Shown: one piece after another, positions 13,501 to 26,609 of the stretch
Numbering within the stretch: the stretch's first letter is position 1
Layout of the letters: every line of letters begins with the position of its first letter
Source of the DNA: Nemertoderma westbladi
Taxonomy: Eukaryota; Animalia; Xenacoelomorpha
Assembly: GCA_032718475.1 (NCBI GenBank)
Contig: JAUCBJ010006943.1
Coordinates: forward strand, 58,502-122,501
Length of the DNA stretch: 64,000 bases
Reading direction: 5' to 3'
The notes under the pieces: generated by a model
Told to the model about the DNA's origin: nothing
Database searches by the model: none
What the model saw: the letters and a program-made list of their open reading frames with translations, nothing else
Position numbers and translations under genes: made by a program

Positions 13501-14697
13501 CGGTATTATAATTGCATATTATGGCTATGATGCCTGTAGAATGCGTAGATTCCTGTTATTTGTTCCTGTTAACGTGGCTAATTATATATTGTTATTGGTT
13601 TGAAAGTTTGATTATTATAATGTATGTATCGTTAATGTATATTATATTACCTTGTTTTATCACTTCTATATAGTATACTGCCACTTCCCTCTCACCATAG
13701 TATTGCGGTCGATCGTAATTTTTCGGGGAACTGAAGAATGTCGGTGAGTAACTACTACTAGTGCTGCATTCGTCTCTTTTGATGACAGCACAACTAATCC
13801 TGGACTTGACACCTAAATTAATACACCCCACCCCCGCCTTCCCTACTGTTAAGGTAATTTCCATTGACCAGGAGGTCTAGTAACAATTATCAATTGCCTA
13901 AGCTCTGGCTCTTTCTCCAACCAAAGCTCATATTGAAACCTTGAAAACCCTCCGACATATATAATTAATTATATTACTATTTAGTAATAGTCTAATCTCC
14001 TTACTAATAATATTACGGTTATTGTTTTGTTATTCGTAATATTTTGATTATGTTCTGCAATTAATATTATTTAAACATATTTTTGTTAATTTAATTAATA
14101 CCGAAAACTTGCGTTATTGTATAATTTACTCATTTAATTACTATGTACTGGTATATTTTGTAAGATAAAGTTATATTAAAATTTCTGGGCTCCGTTGTAA
14201 ACCGTTAAAAAGTGTAAAAAAAAAAATTAATACTGTAAAGCTTTTTACGACTTTTACTTCATCGGGCAGAGAATTACAGTAGTAGAGGCGCCTTATAACA
14301 ACTGGTTGACTTGACTGACTTTGTAAATCTTTTGTATATTTTTGCGTTTGTAAATCGAGAGCGTTCTGTACAGAGCGGAGATTTTATGAGAATATGAAGT
14401 TCATAAGGCAGCCATATCAAATCCATTTTCTATTTAATTGTAAATCCAGGCCTAATAGGCATACACTTAAATTTATATTTCATTTTACAGTAGAACAACC
14501 AAACCAGTTGTTTGAGATATTTTTGATCTACCAAAATTACAGTATATTGTGTAAGGCCTACAACATACAATTCTTTCTATTTTGTTCTGTAATTTCACTA
14601 AAACTTTTAATGTTTCATCGGATATATTGTAGAGTCACAGTCACCCCGAGAACTATCAGCATTTAATTTAATTCCAAGAAACTTTACAGCTGCTGTA

Positions 14698-15044
14698 GGT
14701 AGCTGCTGCTGCTACTGCCCTCTACAACAAAGGAGATTTTATCCGACATTTCTGGGTCTCCAGTCAACAACGGATTATGAATATTCGGACCCAGTTGGTA
14801 TAAAAAGTAAATTAAATATTATTTAATAATAAATACAATTCTGTTATATATTATATTATATACTGTATTAGGGTAGCTGCTGCTGCTACTGCCCTTTACA
14901 ACAAAGGAGATATTATCCGACATTTCTGGGTCTCCAGTCAACAACGGATTATGAATATTCGGACCCAGTTGGTATAAAAAGTAAATTAAATATTATTTAA
15001 TAATAAATACAATTCTGTTATATATTATATTATATACTGTATTA
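14698..15044. repeat. Near-perfect direct tandem duplication, period 174 nt
   Basis: GGTAGCTGCTGCTGCTACTGCCC...TATACTGTATTA occurs twice head-to-tail, directly abutting the element starting at 15047. Confidence 0.9.
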
Positions 15045-15046
15045 TA

Positions 15047-17122
15047 CAGTCGGGGTCTCAAAGTGCATCTGTTCTTTGAGATTTTCTCAAAGTTTTTCTA
15101 AAAGTGTCTAAAAGTCATTACATTACTCCCAACGGCCGCTTTGAATTCTTGTAGACACTTTTAGTTGGGAATCTCAAAGTGATTTCCTGCTTTTAGGCAC
15201 TTTGAATTCTTTGAGAAATGTCACTTTGAGGTAGTTTGCGGCACTTTTAATTCTTTGAGAAAATAAACTCCGAGGTATTCCTGATTGACAGCTCGTGGTA
15301 AGTTAACTGAGAGGCAGAGGCATTCTCGGGGAACAATATTATGCGGGCAACAAAGTGATACTTGTGTGTTGGCCAGTTGTTGCATAGAAGCTATATTCCC
15401 ATTAATTTATCAAATTGAGGTTCCTGAGGTCATTACAGGATGGGTTTTCGGTTGCAAGTACAAATTGAATTTACTGCACCCTAAAGTCTTTCTAAAAAAC
15501 ATTCATTCAAATAATACATGAAACATAATTTGTGAAACAAGATTAATGCTTGACAAGATTGATTATTTTAATAACATAATACAATATCAGATTAACAATT
15601 AATATAAGAGAAACTTCTCTGTAGTTTCTCTGTGTATACGCAGTTTCATTATAATGACCTAAAGAAGCCCTGTTGGGAGAAAGCTTGTAATAACATTTGT
15701 TATTCATTTCATTAGTCACCTCAGGTCAAACCGTACTACCTTAGCTGTTTAATTAATATGATAACTATGTTGACGAGAGCGCGAGAATTCCTTCTTAAAA
15801 ACTAAGAAAGGCTTTCGACTTTCAAGTAAGATAGAACGGCTACAATCTTGTGTTGTTTTAGCTTAATAGAGATATTAAAATATCCCCTGCCGCTGGCGTT
15901 TATATTTGAGCATATTTTAAATGTTTGCCTCATATTCAATTGATGTGTACCGCCTTCTGGCAAAGCGGCACCCAGTTTAAACTATCAATCACAGCTAGTG
16001 AGTAGCGACCCACGGTCGGCGACCTTCAAACAAACAGGTGCAGAGTCGGAAAGAACTGTCACATGCTTTGCTTGGCTTGTGGTACCATTTGATTACATAA
16101 TAGATTTTGGCAGACTGGGCGGTCGCTCTGACCATATGCATTGCGCACCAACAATGCCTAAAACATCTATGGGAACAGCCAATTAGTGCGCTTGAATCAT
16201 TTATCTTTATTCCTGCCTCTATCGTTATTCTTTATTTTGTATAACACAATTTACAGTGCGGCAAAGTATGGCTGGTTGACCATTGAAATGCATTGGTAAA
16301 GGTATTCGGCGTTCACGTGGGCTAAACAAAATTTTAACAGTACAGTTTTAGCACTATACATTAATATAGATAGGGCAACAGACAAACTGTCTATGAAACA
16401 AATACCAACACATTCCGATAGCCCGCAATTACGGCGTCTCTAAAGAGCCCAAATATAAATTAATAAAATCCTCTATGAAACAATAAAAATTCCTACAAAA
16501 AATACTGCTGTATTAAATATTAGTTACTGCAGTAACATATAACAATTACTGCAGTAACAAATATTTATTACTGTAGTAATAAATATTTATTACTGCAGTA
16601 ACAAATATTTATTACTGCAGTAACAAATATTTATTACTGCAGTAACAAATATTTATTACTGCAGTAACAAATATTTATTACTGCAATAATCAATATTAAT
16701 AAATTAATAAATAATTGAATAAAAATTAATACTGCAGTAATCAATATTAATAAATAATTGAATAAAAATTTCTATTGCAGTAACAAATTATTTGTTACTG
16801 CAGAAAAAGACTATTTTTTATTACTGCAGTAAGTTTAATTCTTATTTTCAGTAACAAATATTTATTACTGCAGTATTTTTTGGAGGCATCTTTATTGTTT
16901 CATAGAGGTTTTTATTACTTATATTTTACCCTTTAGTAGTCAAAGTCAATATACCCCATGCCATAGCCAGCTTCAGGCAGGACTGTATGAAATGACTGAC
17001 AGTACTACTTTGAAATCTTTGAGGACACTTTGTCATTTTCTTGGACCACTTTTAGAAATTTGAGACACTTTTAGTTCTTTGAGAAAATCTCAAAGAACAG
17101 ATGCACTTTGAGACCCCGACTG
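15047..17122. mobile_element. Non-autonomous Tc1/mariner(pogo)-like DNA transposon
   Basis: About 46-nt TIR CAGTCGGGGTCTCAAAGTGCATCTGTTCTTTGAGATTTTCTCAAAG at both ends, flanked by TA on each side; no transposase ORF. Confidence 0.85.
16440..16936. mobile_element. Nested foldback/MITE with an internal ~21-nt minisatellite (TACTGCAGTAACAAATATTTAT)
   Basis: Imperfect terminal inverted arms (CCTCTATGAAACAATAAA / TTTATTGTTTCATAGAGG) enclose the tandem array at ~16525-16690. Confidence 0.7.
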
Positions 17123-17267
17123 TATACTAACAACCCGTCACTAACCACAACAAACGTACTGTATAGTACAGTAGCCTGTCGTATTCGCCCAAATACGGCA
17201 GTTTAACTCTGGGTTCACGTGTACATATTGACAGGCGGCAATCCTCTGATACAGTACCGGTATACAG

Positions 17268-17320
17268 ACGTTTCGGCCCGGACATTTCGGCCCGGACGAT
17301 TCGGCCCGGACGTTTCGGCC
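17268..17320. repeat. Short GC-rich tandem repeat of about 15 nt (TTCGGCCCGGAC...), about 4 copies
   Basis: Directly visible; resembles subterminal repeats of DNA transposons. Confidence 0.7.
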
Positions 17321-18307
17321 CATGACTGTAACTGAATGAAAAGGCTAACTTGTTTTATATGATAATTATTTTTGGTTGAGTGCTTGCATACCAGACAGGC
17401 AATCTTCGTGTTTATAATTGTGAATTGATTCATTTAATCAATGTTCATCATCATGAATTTGATTAATTGTGGTGTCAAAAGACGCGCATCAATATATATA
17501 TTGATATAAGCCACATATGAATTGATTTATATTTTAATGTGTATTTGAATGGATCTAAAATCATCCTCCATAGAAAACAATATCAGCACTTCGTAGTGAT
17601 GTCAAATCTGTAGCAGCCATCACAGCCGATTTTCAAAATTGGCTCCCCTTCCCGCTCTTACTTAACCGCCATTTCGACCGTTTTATCCTGTTTTACCTCT
17701 TATACAGGTACTGCTTTTCAACCGTTGTCAGTCGCCCGGTCTGCCTGTTTGTTGCTTATGCCTTAATGTGTGATGGCTAATAACTCAATCAATCTTTGAT
17801 AAGTAAAAGTAAGTAAACCAAACTTTATGATGAGGATTTAATTAATCCAACGGATAAGTTAGAATTAACTTAAAATTATTATAAATCAATAACAAAATAT
17901 ATAAATTATAATTAACTACAGTAAAAAATTTTAATTTAAAAGGTTGTTACATTTGAGAAATCGATCGTTTGCTCGATAGAGGGATTGCGAGGCTAATAGC
18001 AGAGTATTAACCTGGGGTGCAAATCACATGTGCAGCGGATTGTGCATTGTCCCCACAGAGACGGCACAAACAGGATTCAGACGTCTGCCAGCAGTTTGCC
18101 GAACAAACCTTGTGGCGGGAGCCGTTTGATAGCTGGCCTACCATTCTACGTGGTTTTCCCCTCGAGGTACCTTAAGTCTAACTGGGAGCGAGCGGGAATG
18201 GGATCAAGTATGTTGGTTATGGATGCATATTTTGCAACTCAAAACCTACTACAAGGATCGGCATGCTGCATTGCAGCTGCATTATATATATATATATTAC
18301 ATATATA

Positions 18308-19700
18308 TTAAGAATACTGTGCCGGATTGTCGACAAAATTGCGCCACCACAACTCCCTATCACCCATGACATTTGCTAGATCATCCGCATCTTCAAGGCC
18401 AGTGTCCTTTAAGATGCGTCTCAAGAAAGTCATGGGCTGTCCACCATGCTTATTCACTCCATGAGGCCGCCAAAGCACAAGATTATGCACTGGCTGGTCC
18501 TGAAATCAATGTCCTGCAAAGCGGAGGCAGCTTTGTTCTAGTGTCAAGCTTGGGGAACGAATGAGACACCTCCAATGTTATATAATGTCTGGTTGTAGAT
18601 TTGTGCATTGTACTTGACACAGTGAACACGGCGTAGTAGGGCCTATTCTTGTGAATGTGCCACCCAGAGATTTTGAGTCCTCAGCAGAGGAGTACTGGAA
18701 CTACTGCTGCTCTAAATAATCGGACCTTAAGTTTCTGATGAATTCTATCTGACTTCCAAATCCTGTAAAGCCATTCAAGGCTGCTCATGCCCATGCCTTT
18801 CTCTTATGTATTTTAAGGTCCTCATCTGACTTCGGATCCATGATCCCAGGTAACAGAAGTCGTCCACATGCTCAAGCAAACCATCCTTTGAGCCTATGCT
18901 CATCCGATCAGAGACTTGCTGAGGACTTTCAAAGTTAACTTTGTTCTTTTTGCAGTTAATAAAAAGACCAACACTAGAAGCAGCCTGTTCTAATGAGCTG
19001 AGGAGCCGTTGGTCTCCCTCTAGTGATTCTGAGAATACTTCTACGTTATCGGCAAAGCATCGATCAGTTAGGTACTTGGCAGGATTTCCTCGACTTCTGG
19101 AGCCAGTAGGTGGAGTTACCATCACTATCATGATCTAAGGACATGCATAGCCAACCACAATTATGAACAAGAATGGCCCAAGTGTGTCTCCCTGGAGGAC
19201 TCCCCATAACACTTCGAATGGTTCTGTGTCACCGTCAACAGTAGACTCAAATGTTGTCGAACCATCGTATACTGATCTGATAGCTGCAATAATTTCATCA
19301 GGAATCCCATATAATGAAAGTATGCTGAACATACGTGAGCGAGAGACTGAATCAAAGGCCTTGAAGAAGTCAACAAAGATAACAGCCAGATGCTTCTGCT
19401 AACAGCCTGATCTTTCTTTTTTGATAACTCTTCAATTTTCCATCTAAGTGCCAAAATGGGCTCCATGGTTCCACGACTTTTACGGAACCTATTCTGATTT
19501 CCATGGAGCAGTCTCTCAATGGGATCCCTGATGCGATTTAATATAATTATATTGTATAGCTTTGCAGCAATCGAGATCAATGTGATTCCCCGAAAAGAAC
19601 CATAGTGTTAGGTTGCCCTTCATGGGAACTGTCACCAACTTATTTGATTTTATTTCTTGTGGGACTCTTGTCGTTCTGTACATGTCTACTAAGATGATGT
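18308..19700 (-). mobile_element. Decayed RTE-like LINE (RT domain to 3' end), second subfamily
   Basis: ORF fragments AAKLYNIIILNRI, YGIPDEII, GVLQGDTLGPFLF, FADN, VDDFCYLGSWI and LVLWRPHG; multiple frameshifts. Confidence 0.8.
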
Positions 19701-19837
19701 TTCCCCCAAAGGCATTAGTGGTAAAAAGTAAAAAAAAGAGTAAATTTTCTTCGACCATTAGGCCAGGGATTGCGCACAAAGTCTGACGACTTATTTCCAG
19801 TGCGGTCCTCCCAGGGGAAACTCCAGTACTCATTTAG

Positions 19838-20197
19838 GTGCTATTTAAGGATGCAAGGCAGAGATGCGCCCTGGCTAGACCCTTCCAGCATTAGTGCCGA
19901 AACGAAGACTGCCCTGGCCCACATGCGGTGGTTGAATCCACGACCTCCAGAGATGTGAATTCAATGCAACCACTACTACACAAAGGTGGGCCTGGTATTC
20001 ATTTTCCTACATACTATTTAAGGATACAAGGCAGAGATTCGCCCTGGCTATGTCTAGTCCATTTAATTATAACTTTTTGTTGTTTGTTGCAATGCAATGC
20101 GATGATGTCCAGGTGGGATCGAACGGTGACCTCCTGGCTAGAAGTCCGACGCTCTAACCATTCAGCTAGCGGCTCAGGTAAAAGATAGATCTGGAAA
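19838..20197 (-). mobile_element. Two adjacent tRNA-derived SINE-like copies sharing a 3' body
   Basis: TATTTAAGGAT(G/A)CAAGGCAGAGAT(G/T)CGCCCTGGCTA occurs at ~19842 and ~20015; tRNA-like heads with A/B boxes on the minus strand (TAGCTGAATGGTTAGAGC..GTTCGATCCC at ~20112-20170). Confidence 0.6.
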
Positions 20198-20461
20198 TAC
20201 TATCTGATACATTGTATGTCAGCCCCCTTGCGGGCCTGAACCAGCAAACCAACGACCCAAAGAAAAATTCAGCACTTAATAAAGTTAATATTACTGTTAA
20301 AACGCCAATTGTTTAACAAAATCTAAAAAATTCTAAATGCAGGTGGAGGTGGTAAAGTGATGATGAGTGGTGATGGGAGCACAAATATATTGTAGGATCC
20401 ACCCATCAATACATTAGGAGACACACCGTTACTGCAGTCCCACAAATTACTCAAAATGACA

Positions 20462-20741
20462 CAATTTAGCCCTACTAACCAAAAATACAAAAAAAAACAC
20501 ATAACATGGAGGGGATTCTGAAAGTCACCACTGGTCAGTGTCGACAGTCAACAATTTAGCCCCCTATAAAAAAAAAACACGTTACGTGGAGCGTGGAGGG
20601 GATTCCGAAAGTCACCACTGATGGTTAGTGTCGACTGTTGACAGTCAACAATTTAGCCCTACTAACCAAAAATACAAAAAAAACACATTTACGTGGAGGT
20701 GATTCCGAAAGTCACCACTACTGGTCAGTGTCGACAGTCAC
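20462..20741. repeat. Three tandem ~90-100-nt units
   Basis: CAATTTAGCCC...GATTCCGAAAGTCACCACT...GTGTCGACAGTCA is repeated three times. Confidence 0.85.
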
Positions 20742-20952
20742 AATGAAGTTGTTCGACCTGGTTTCTCTAATCCATGGATGCGGATGACAGGCGCCTACAT
20801 TCTACAACATGGCTATGTTCTGATTTTTCCCTATCCTGCTATTCAGCACTACCGGTAAATGGACCACTGAGCTGCTGTACAGTACAGCAGTTTAGTACTG
20901 CAGCAATGTGGGAAGATCATCTTATCGCAACTCGCCACCCTTCCTTCTGTCG

Positions 20953-21288
20953 TCATCCTTTATCGTTCGTCGGTGTGTTCGTTTGGTCATTTGGCAGTCT
21001 GAGCCCAACTGTGGCTGCTGCCTTCTCCAAAGTGTATGACGTCCCGGAGAGTCGGTTGGTCGTTTGAATATCCTGTAATCGCTTGCTGTTGTCAAGGTAA
21101 CACAGATAGGTATCGGCGCGATATCTCATCTCCTTGTGCGCTCGACAGAGTTGGTCCTCCACAACTGCGTAGCGACGGAATTCCTTCCTCAGAAAAGCGA
21201 ACTGTTTAGTATCGCGATAAGAATGTTTCTCTTCAGCGGAAAGTTTTAAATGGTTTATCAGTTTTCGGTACACCGATCTAGCACCCAT
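20953..21288 (-). CDS. FMC1: FMC1 homolog (C7orf55-like; LYR-family mitochondrial ATP synthase assembly factor), 111 aa
   Basis: Motifs YRDT, LCRAHKEM, TYLCYL and AATVGLRLP and the length correspond to animal FMC1 (YRDT..LCRAQHE..TYLCLL..VGLKLP, from memory). Confidence 0.88.
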   Translation of the reverse strand: MGARSVYRKLINHLKLSAEEKHSYRDTKQFAFLRKEFRRYAVVEDQLCRAHKEMRYRADTYLCYLDNSKRLQDIQTTNRLSGTSYTLEKAAATVGLRLPNDQTNTPTNDKG

Positions 21289-23229
21289 AGCTGCAAAGTC
21301 AGATACGGTAGTTCAGTGACGAGATGATATACAGATATATGCTAGGTAGGTGGTCGTGGTAGGGTACATATCTTTACGTTGCCGTTACTGGTTACGTTAT
21401 TATATTAGTCCTTGAGTTTAGCAGTTACTGGCAGTACCGCCTACCAGCACCGGTACCTTATCAAAGGGGTTAGCTTATTCAATATTAACTTTTTATTACA
21501 TTGAACTAAGAAATAAGCCACTCTGGCAATAGAAAATACCTCGCAGTATTATTTTAGCCAATAGGCAGATAGACATTCATTGCAGTCTTCCTTCATATCG
21601 TAGATTCCCAGATAGGATGGTCCTGCGACTCCCGGGGTTGGACCTTCGACGCATTCAAATCCCCCGTCTATTCTAACGAGATACCGGCACCGCTTCACCC
21701 TCACAATTCCAAAGGTTTAGGTAGTATACTGTAGTCCTATGTTGTCGAGAACTGCTTCCAGTGGAATAGACTTGGAATTTAATTTCGCGAATATTTAAAT
21801 TCATTAATCACCTTTCAAGGTAATGTACTTTATTAAGGGAAAGGACTAGGTTACAGAGGCGGGATTTCCTACCCAAAACCTGTGATTAATTATATAAATA
21901 TGATGCTGATAATGTTGATAAATTGGGAAGCAACAGTATGTTGCTGAGGCGAACTTTGAGGAGATGTAGCCTTTGGTGTGGTGTTGTGTTGGTGAGGCCG
22001 ATGTGTTATGTGAATCGACAATTGCTTTGATAAAAACTTCAGTCCGTAGTAAACTACTCCGTAAATAAACCCAAGCGCACCAACTATACAAACAGTAAAT
22101 CATTATCATATCGTTGCCAACCTTTTGAATTCGCACTGCAATATAAAGACATCACGTACTGTAAAACTTAGGAAGTGGATTATTCGTAGGGAATATCAAG
22201 TTGGCACAGCACACTATCGATATATCATAATTATCTTCATTAATTTATTATAACGTAGGAAAAAATCTACTTTTATAATATTAATATTATTAATATCATT
22301 ATAAGATCAAAATATTATTTTGATAATTACAGTAATTATATATTTATTTATTTAGGTGTTACAATAAGATATCAGACAATAATTATCTTATATAAAACTC
22401 CCATGCAGTTAAAAAATGTTTACCGGTAAATGTAAAATTTAGAATAACACATACAGTAGAGTTCAAATGAATGGGTGCAATGTGCTGTATATTTTGTATG
22501 TGAGTGTGTTTTATGATATTGCGGGAAGATAGTAAGCCTACAAATTGCACCTGCTATTTGAAAAGTTATCATTCCAATCCATATTTTGAATTTCCATCGC
22601 AAAGTGCTGGGTAACAGAGATTGGTTAATAAATGACCAATTGGGAACGTCATGAAAATATGCAATAAAACATTAAAACAAGGAGATAATATTATAGCAAG
22701 GCTAATTAACATCTGACGTCTAAATACTTTACCAATAGTTATAAGGGGTACTGTAAGTATCACATATTACTTATGAACATAACTAAGGGGTTGATGCCTG
22801 GTTTGTACTGATGTTGCTTCTTATGCGCGCTTTAACGAATACTGTACAGTCAAACTGTCATCAACAAGATAATAATATGATATAAAACATGATGTAGCAT
22901 AGGCCTACAGTAAATTAGAATTAGCTTTTAAAAAAATTATCTTTTCTCGCTGCAGAAATCTGTCATCAACTTCAATTAATTAATTAATTCAGATAATTAA
23001 CATATTAATACCAGCAAGTTACTACAGCAATTACCATAGCAAATTAATATTATTACCCTGGCTACTGGAGGAATAGTATTTAAATAAAGTGTGAGCTCAA
23101 CCAACCTTCACTCTGCTACTGTATATATTTTAGGTAAAGTTCTTAAGGTTCAAATAGTTTATAATAGTTATAAATTATAAATAAAGGGTTTAAAAGCTTA
23201 TCTGAATATAAAACAAAGGCCACATTGCA

Positions 23230-24681
23230 ATGAATTTCTTGAAAAGTCTAGCAAAAGCTGTAGGTGATGATCGAGATTCGTTTAAAGGAGCGCCTAGAGG
23301 TGTGCAAGACGATGACGATGACGCCTTTGAGGAAAAGGCGAAGAATACCGTAGCAGCGGATGTACGTATGTTCAGTGGCTGCATGGACACTCAAACTAGC
23401 GCGGATGTTGGCGATGTGGCGTCGTTTGGTTTACCACCCGATGCTGGTCCAGGTGGCGCCGGTGGCGCTTGTACCAACGCGATGGTTCTTAATTTGTACG
23501 AAAATGACGGCAACTGCACTTGGCTCGAACTTCTCAGCTCCATGCAAGTCACCCTCAAAGAAAAGGGATTTACTCAAGTACCTCAAATATCTGCAAGTAG
23601 AAAAATATCTTTGGATGGAGAGTTTAACCTGGTCCATCCCGAAAGCAGTGGTCGCATGAGAGGTCTTTTAGTAGGTATTAATTATGTTGGGCAACAGGGT
23701 GAGCTACGCGGTTGTCACAACGACGTGGAACAGATGGCTGGTTTTATTGGTAATTATGGGTTTGATGACACCCAAATTCTCGTGGATGATGGCGAACATG
23801 ACGAACCAACTTACAGTAACATCATGGACGGGTTCAGGTGGTTGGTCTCCGATGCTGAACCAGGCGACTCGCTCTTCTTCCACTACAGTGGTCACGGGGG
23901 ATCAATGCCTGACGATTCCCAAGGTAAAAACTAACGTTCATTATAAATGTTTCATCTTATTTTATTTCAATGAATAGCCTACTGTAGTATCACCCTTTTC
24001 AGTCCTTAATAATTATACTTCAACAAATCTTAAATTTGTATAATTAATTTGTTATGGCAGCATAACCAATCAGCCTGATAGGCTTGTCAGTAATGTCAAC
24101 TCGTATTTCAAGTTGTAACAACACAAAAAAGTACAGTATACATTCAAAACCACCAGTTTCAATCCCCCAACTTGTAGGCCTACTGTAGGCTACTAATGAA
24201 GACTTATTAATACTGTATAATTTACAGTATTATCGCAATTATTAGTCATCCTCCATCGATAATTTTATTAATTTATGTAAATTTTTTATGTTTGTTTGTA
24301 GATGAGTCAGACGGCAAAGATGAAACGATGATACCGTTGGATTACATGTCATCGGGACAAATTCGGGACGACGAGATCTTCCGAGAGTTAGTGGCCCCGT
24401 TACCGGAAGGGGTTCAGTTGACCTGCGTCATGGATTGCTGCCATAGCGGCACTATTCTCGATCTCCCGTACAGCTTCGTCGCATCCGACGAGCGAATGGA
24501 GGCGGTGGCCGGTGGAGATGTCCCTCAGATGGCGCCCAACCCTGGATTTAGTTTCGCTAAAGTCCTCAAGGTCGGGATGCAGATGTTCAAGATGTACAAG
24601 GAAGGTTCGTCCACTGCGGATTTGGGAGCCGTTGCAGCTAAAGCATTCGGGTCAGATGCTTTATCTGCCTTTGGGTTTTGA
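23230..24681 (+). CDS. Type III (p10-p20 permuted) metacaspase, copy 1; exons 23230-23923 and 24302-24681, 357 aa
   Basis: N-terminal p10 motifs SGCMDTQTSAD, GGACT and FTQVPQIS precede p20 motifs GINY, LRGCHND, HYSGHG (catalytic His) and DCCHSG (catalytic Cys). A phase-1 GT-AG intron (23924-24301) restores DDSQ-D-ESDGKDET. Confidence 0.93.
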
Positions 24682-24916
24682 AGGAATGGATATAATCTAA
24701 TTGACTATATTATTATTGTACTGTATATAGGTAGAACAGAATATTTTATTTTTATTTTCTCTAAGCCAGTCGGTCTATTGGAGAGCTTGGGCTTCCAATC
24801 ACGAAGCCCTGGTTCGATTTACGAAACAGAGTGGAAGGTTTTACTTTTGAAAATGACCCAGGGTGATGAACTTAATATATTCCTTCTCTTAAAAGAGAGC
24901 CAAAAAGATTCTTTAC

Positions 24917-25360
24917 GGTGGTGATTTCTGGCCATTTTCTACTTTTTGAGTATTTTATTAGTAGTCTATTTTATTTTTTATTACATTATTATTATTTATT
25001 ATTACAATTTATTTTTTTTTTGTATTTTTTTTTCATTTTTTGAATAATGTTTCTTAAGATGTTTTCCTTGCAAAGTATCCTAATTTCGTCATTCGAATAG
25101 CCGTGATCAAAATAATCATGAAAAGCCTCTTCCATTGCAAAAATAGTAATCAGCAATTTAACACTGGTACAGTTCAATACACTTATTATAATAATAACAA
25201 CAAGTGAACAGTTAAGAAACTTTATGCAAAAATGAAAAAATACTCCCGAAAAAAAAGGAATAAAAATAAAATAATTTCGAAACAAATGAAAAAATACTTT
25301 CGAAAAAAGTAAAAAAAATACTCAAAAAGTAATAGGCCTAAATGTCCGGAAATCACCACC
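24917..25360. mobile_element. MITE (possibly Kolobok-like)
   Basis: TIRs GGTGGTGATTTC(T/C)GG plus an inverted ACTTTTTGAGTATTTT block; flanked by TTAC on the left and TTAA on the right. Confidence 0.6.
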
Positions 25361-26609
25361 TTAATTCTACCATTAATTTTCTTTATATTTTCTTTGTATT
25401 TGCTTTATTTGTGGTGGATTTCATTTTAGTTTCATTTGTATATATTTGAAAGTGTAAAATATTGTAAACTTAAAATATTAAAAGTATGGTTATTGTAATG
25501 GGTAATTATTATACTATACTCAATAATTACAGTACTGAATAATGAAATTAAATAATAATTAAATATAGGACACAGACTGTTTAAAATGGAATATCAACTA
25601 CAGTACGATTTTATGATACGCATATTACAAATGAACCATTCCTTGACACGCTCAAGTTTAGCGGAGCAACACCCTGCAGAATTTACTGTAAATTATTATT
25701 GTAAAAATTTATAGTACAGTAAGTTACGTTGGGGTGGCCTCAACAATTGAATAGCGATCCATATCCGTAGCAAGGAGAAATAGAGACATACTGTATTGTA
25801 GGCCTATTGTAGCGATTTTTTTCCTTATGTAAACAAGTGGACAATCCTGTTTGGTTAGAGTTGTTGGTGTTTAGAGCTGGAGATTCATCTGCTTTGTTGA
25901 CAGTGACATCATGGTTTGGGGGAAGTTCAACCCCAGTCTACAGTACAAACAATATAATAAAATTTGTGCTGCAATGGGTACAGAACTACTGTCTGTCACG
26001 ACACCTTTTGAATCTGGTGAGTGTTGCTAACCCAACTTTACGCGAGTAGGCCTACGACTTCCTGTATGGCATTTTGTCGAATGTAGAAATACACGCTCTC
26101 AATTTGTGGGTGTTAATTTAATTGGGGTGTAATTTGTTGTAAACGCTGCGACGACAACTGACAGAAGACAACCGATAACTACATCCGACTAACTGTTACT
26201 ACAGTACGAACAATAATTAAATCGTAACATGCGCCCTTGGCGTTTATTGTTTGTGATAGAAGAACGCGCCACTGTACACCTAACATGCTCCTTTCCCCTA
26301 ACCGTAAGAGTACTAACCTCAAGAGTAACCCTAAGAGTTGACAGTTGTCGGATGTCGGGTGTCACTGTCGGACATTCGACTCAGAGTTTACACACGATTC
26401 CGTGATATCATCACCAATAAATAAGAACCCGTATAAGAAGCAATACTAACTATCGGCTTACAATACAGTATAAATCAATCAACATCGAGTCGCCTGGACG
26501 CGGTTCCGTGTTCAGACATGGGTCTACCAGGTTGGAATGAAGGTTTGATGTTGGAGGGAAAAGCCGCCTGTGGAGCGATTCAAACAAACGCGATCCGCAA
26601 CTTTACTTT

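Noticed and set aside
20105-20175. Possible functional tRNA gene (TCT-containing loop, minus strand)
   Set aside because: The acceptor and anticodon stems do not pair properly, and it is attached to a repeated SINE-like body.
21575-21720. GC-rich patch upstream of FMC1 as a possible ncRNA or exon
   Set aside because: No snRNA or RNase P/MRP motif or recognisable peptide; it may simply be promoter sequence.
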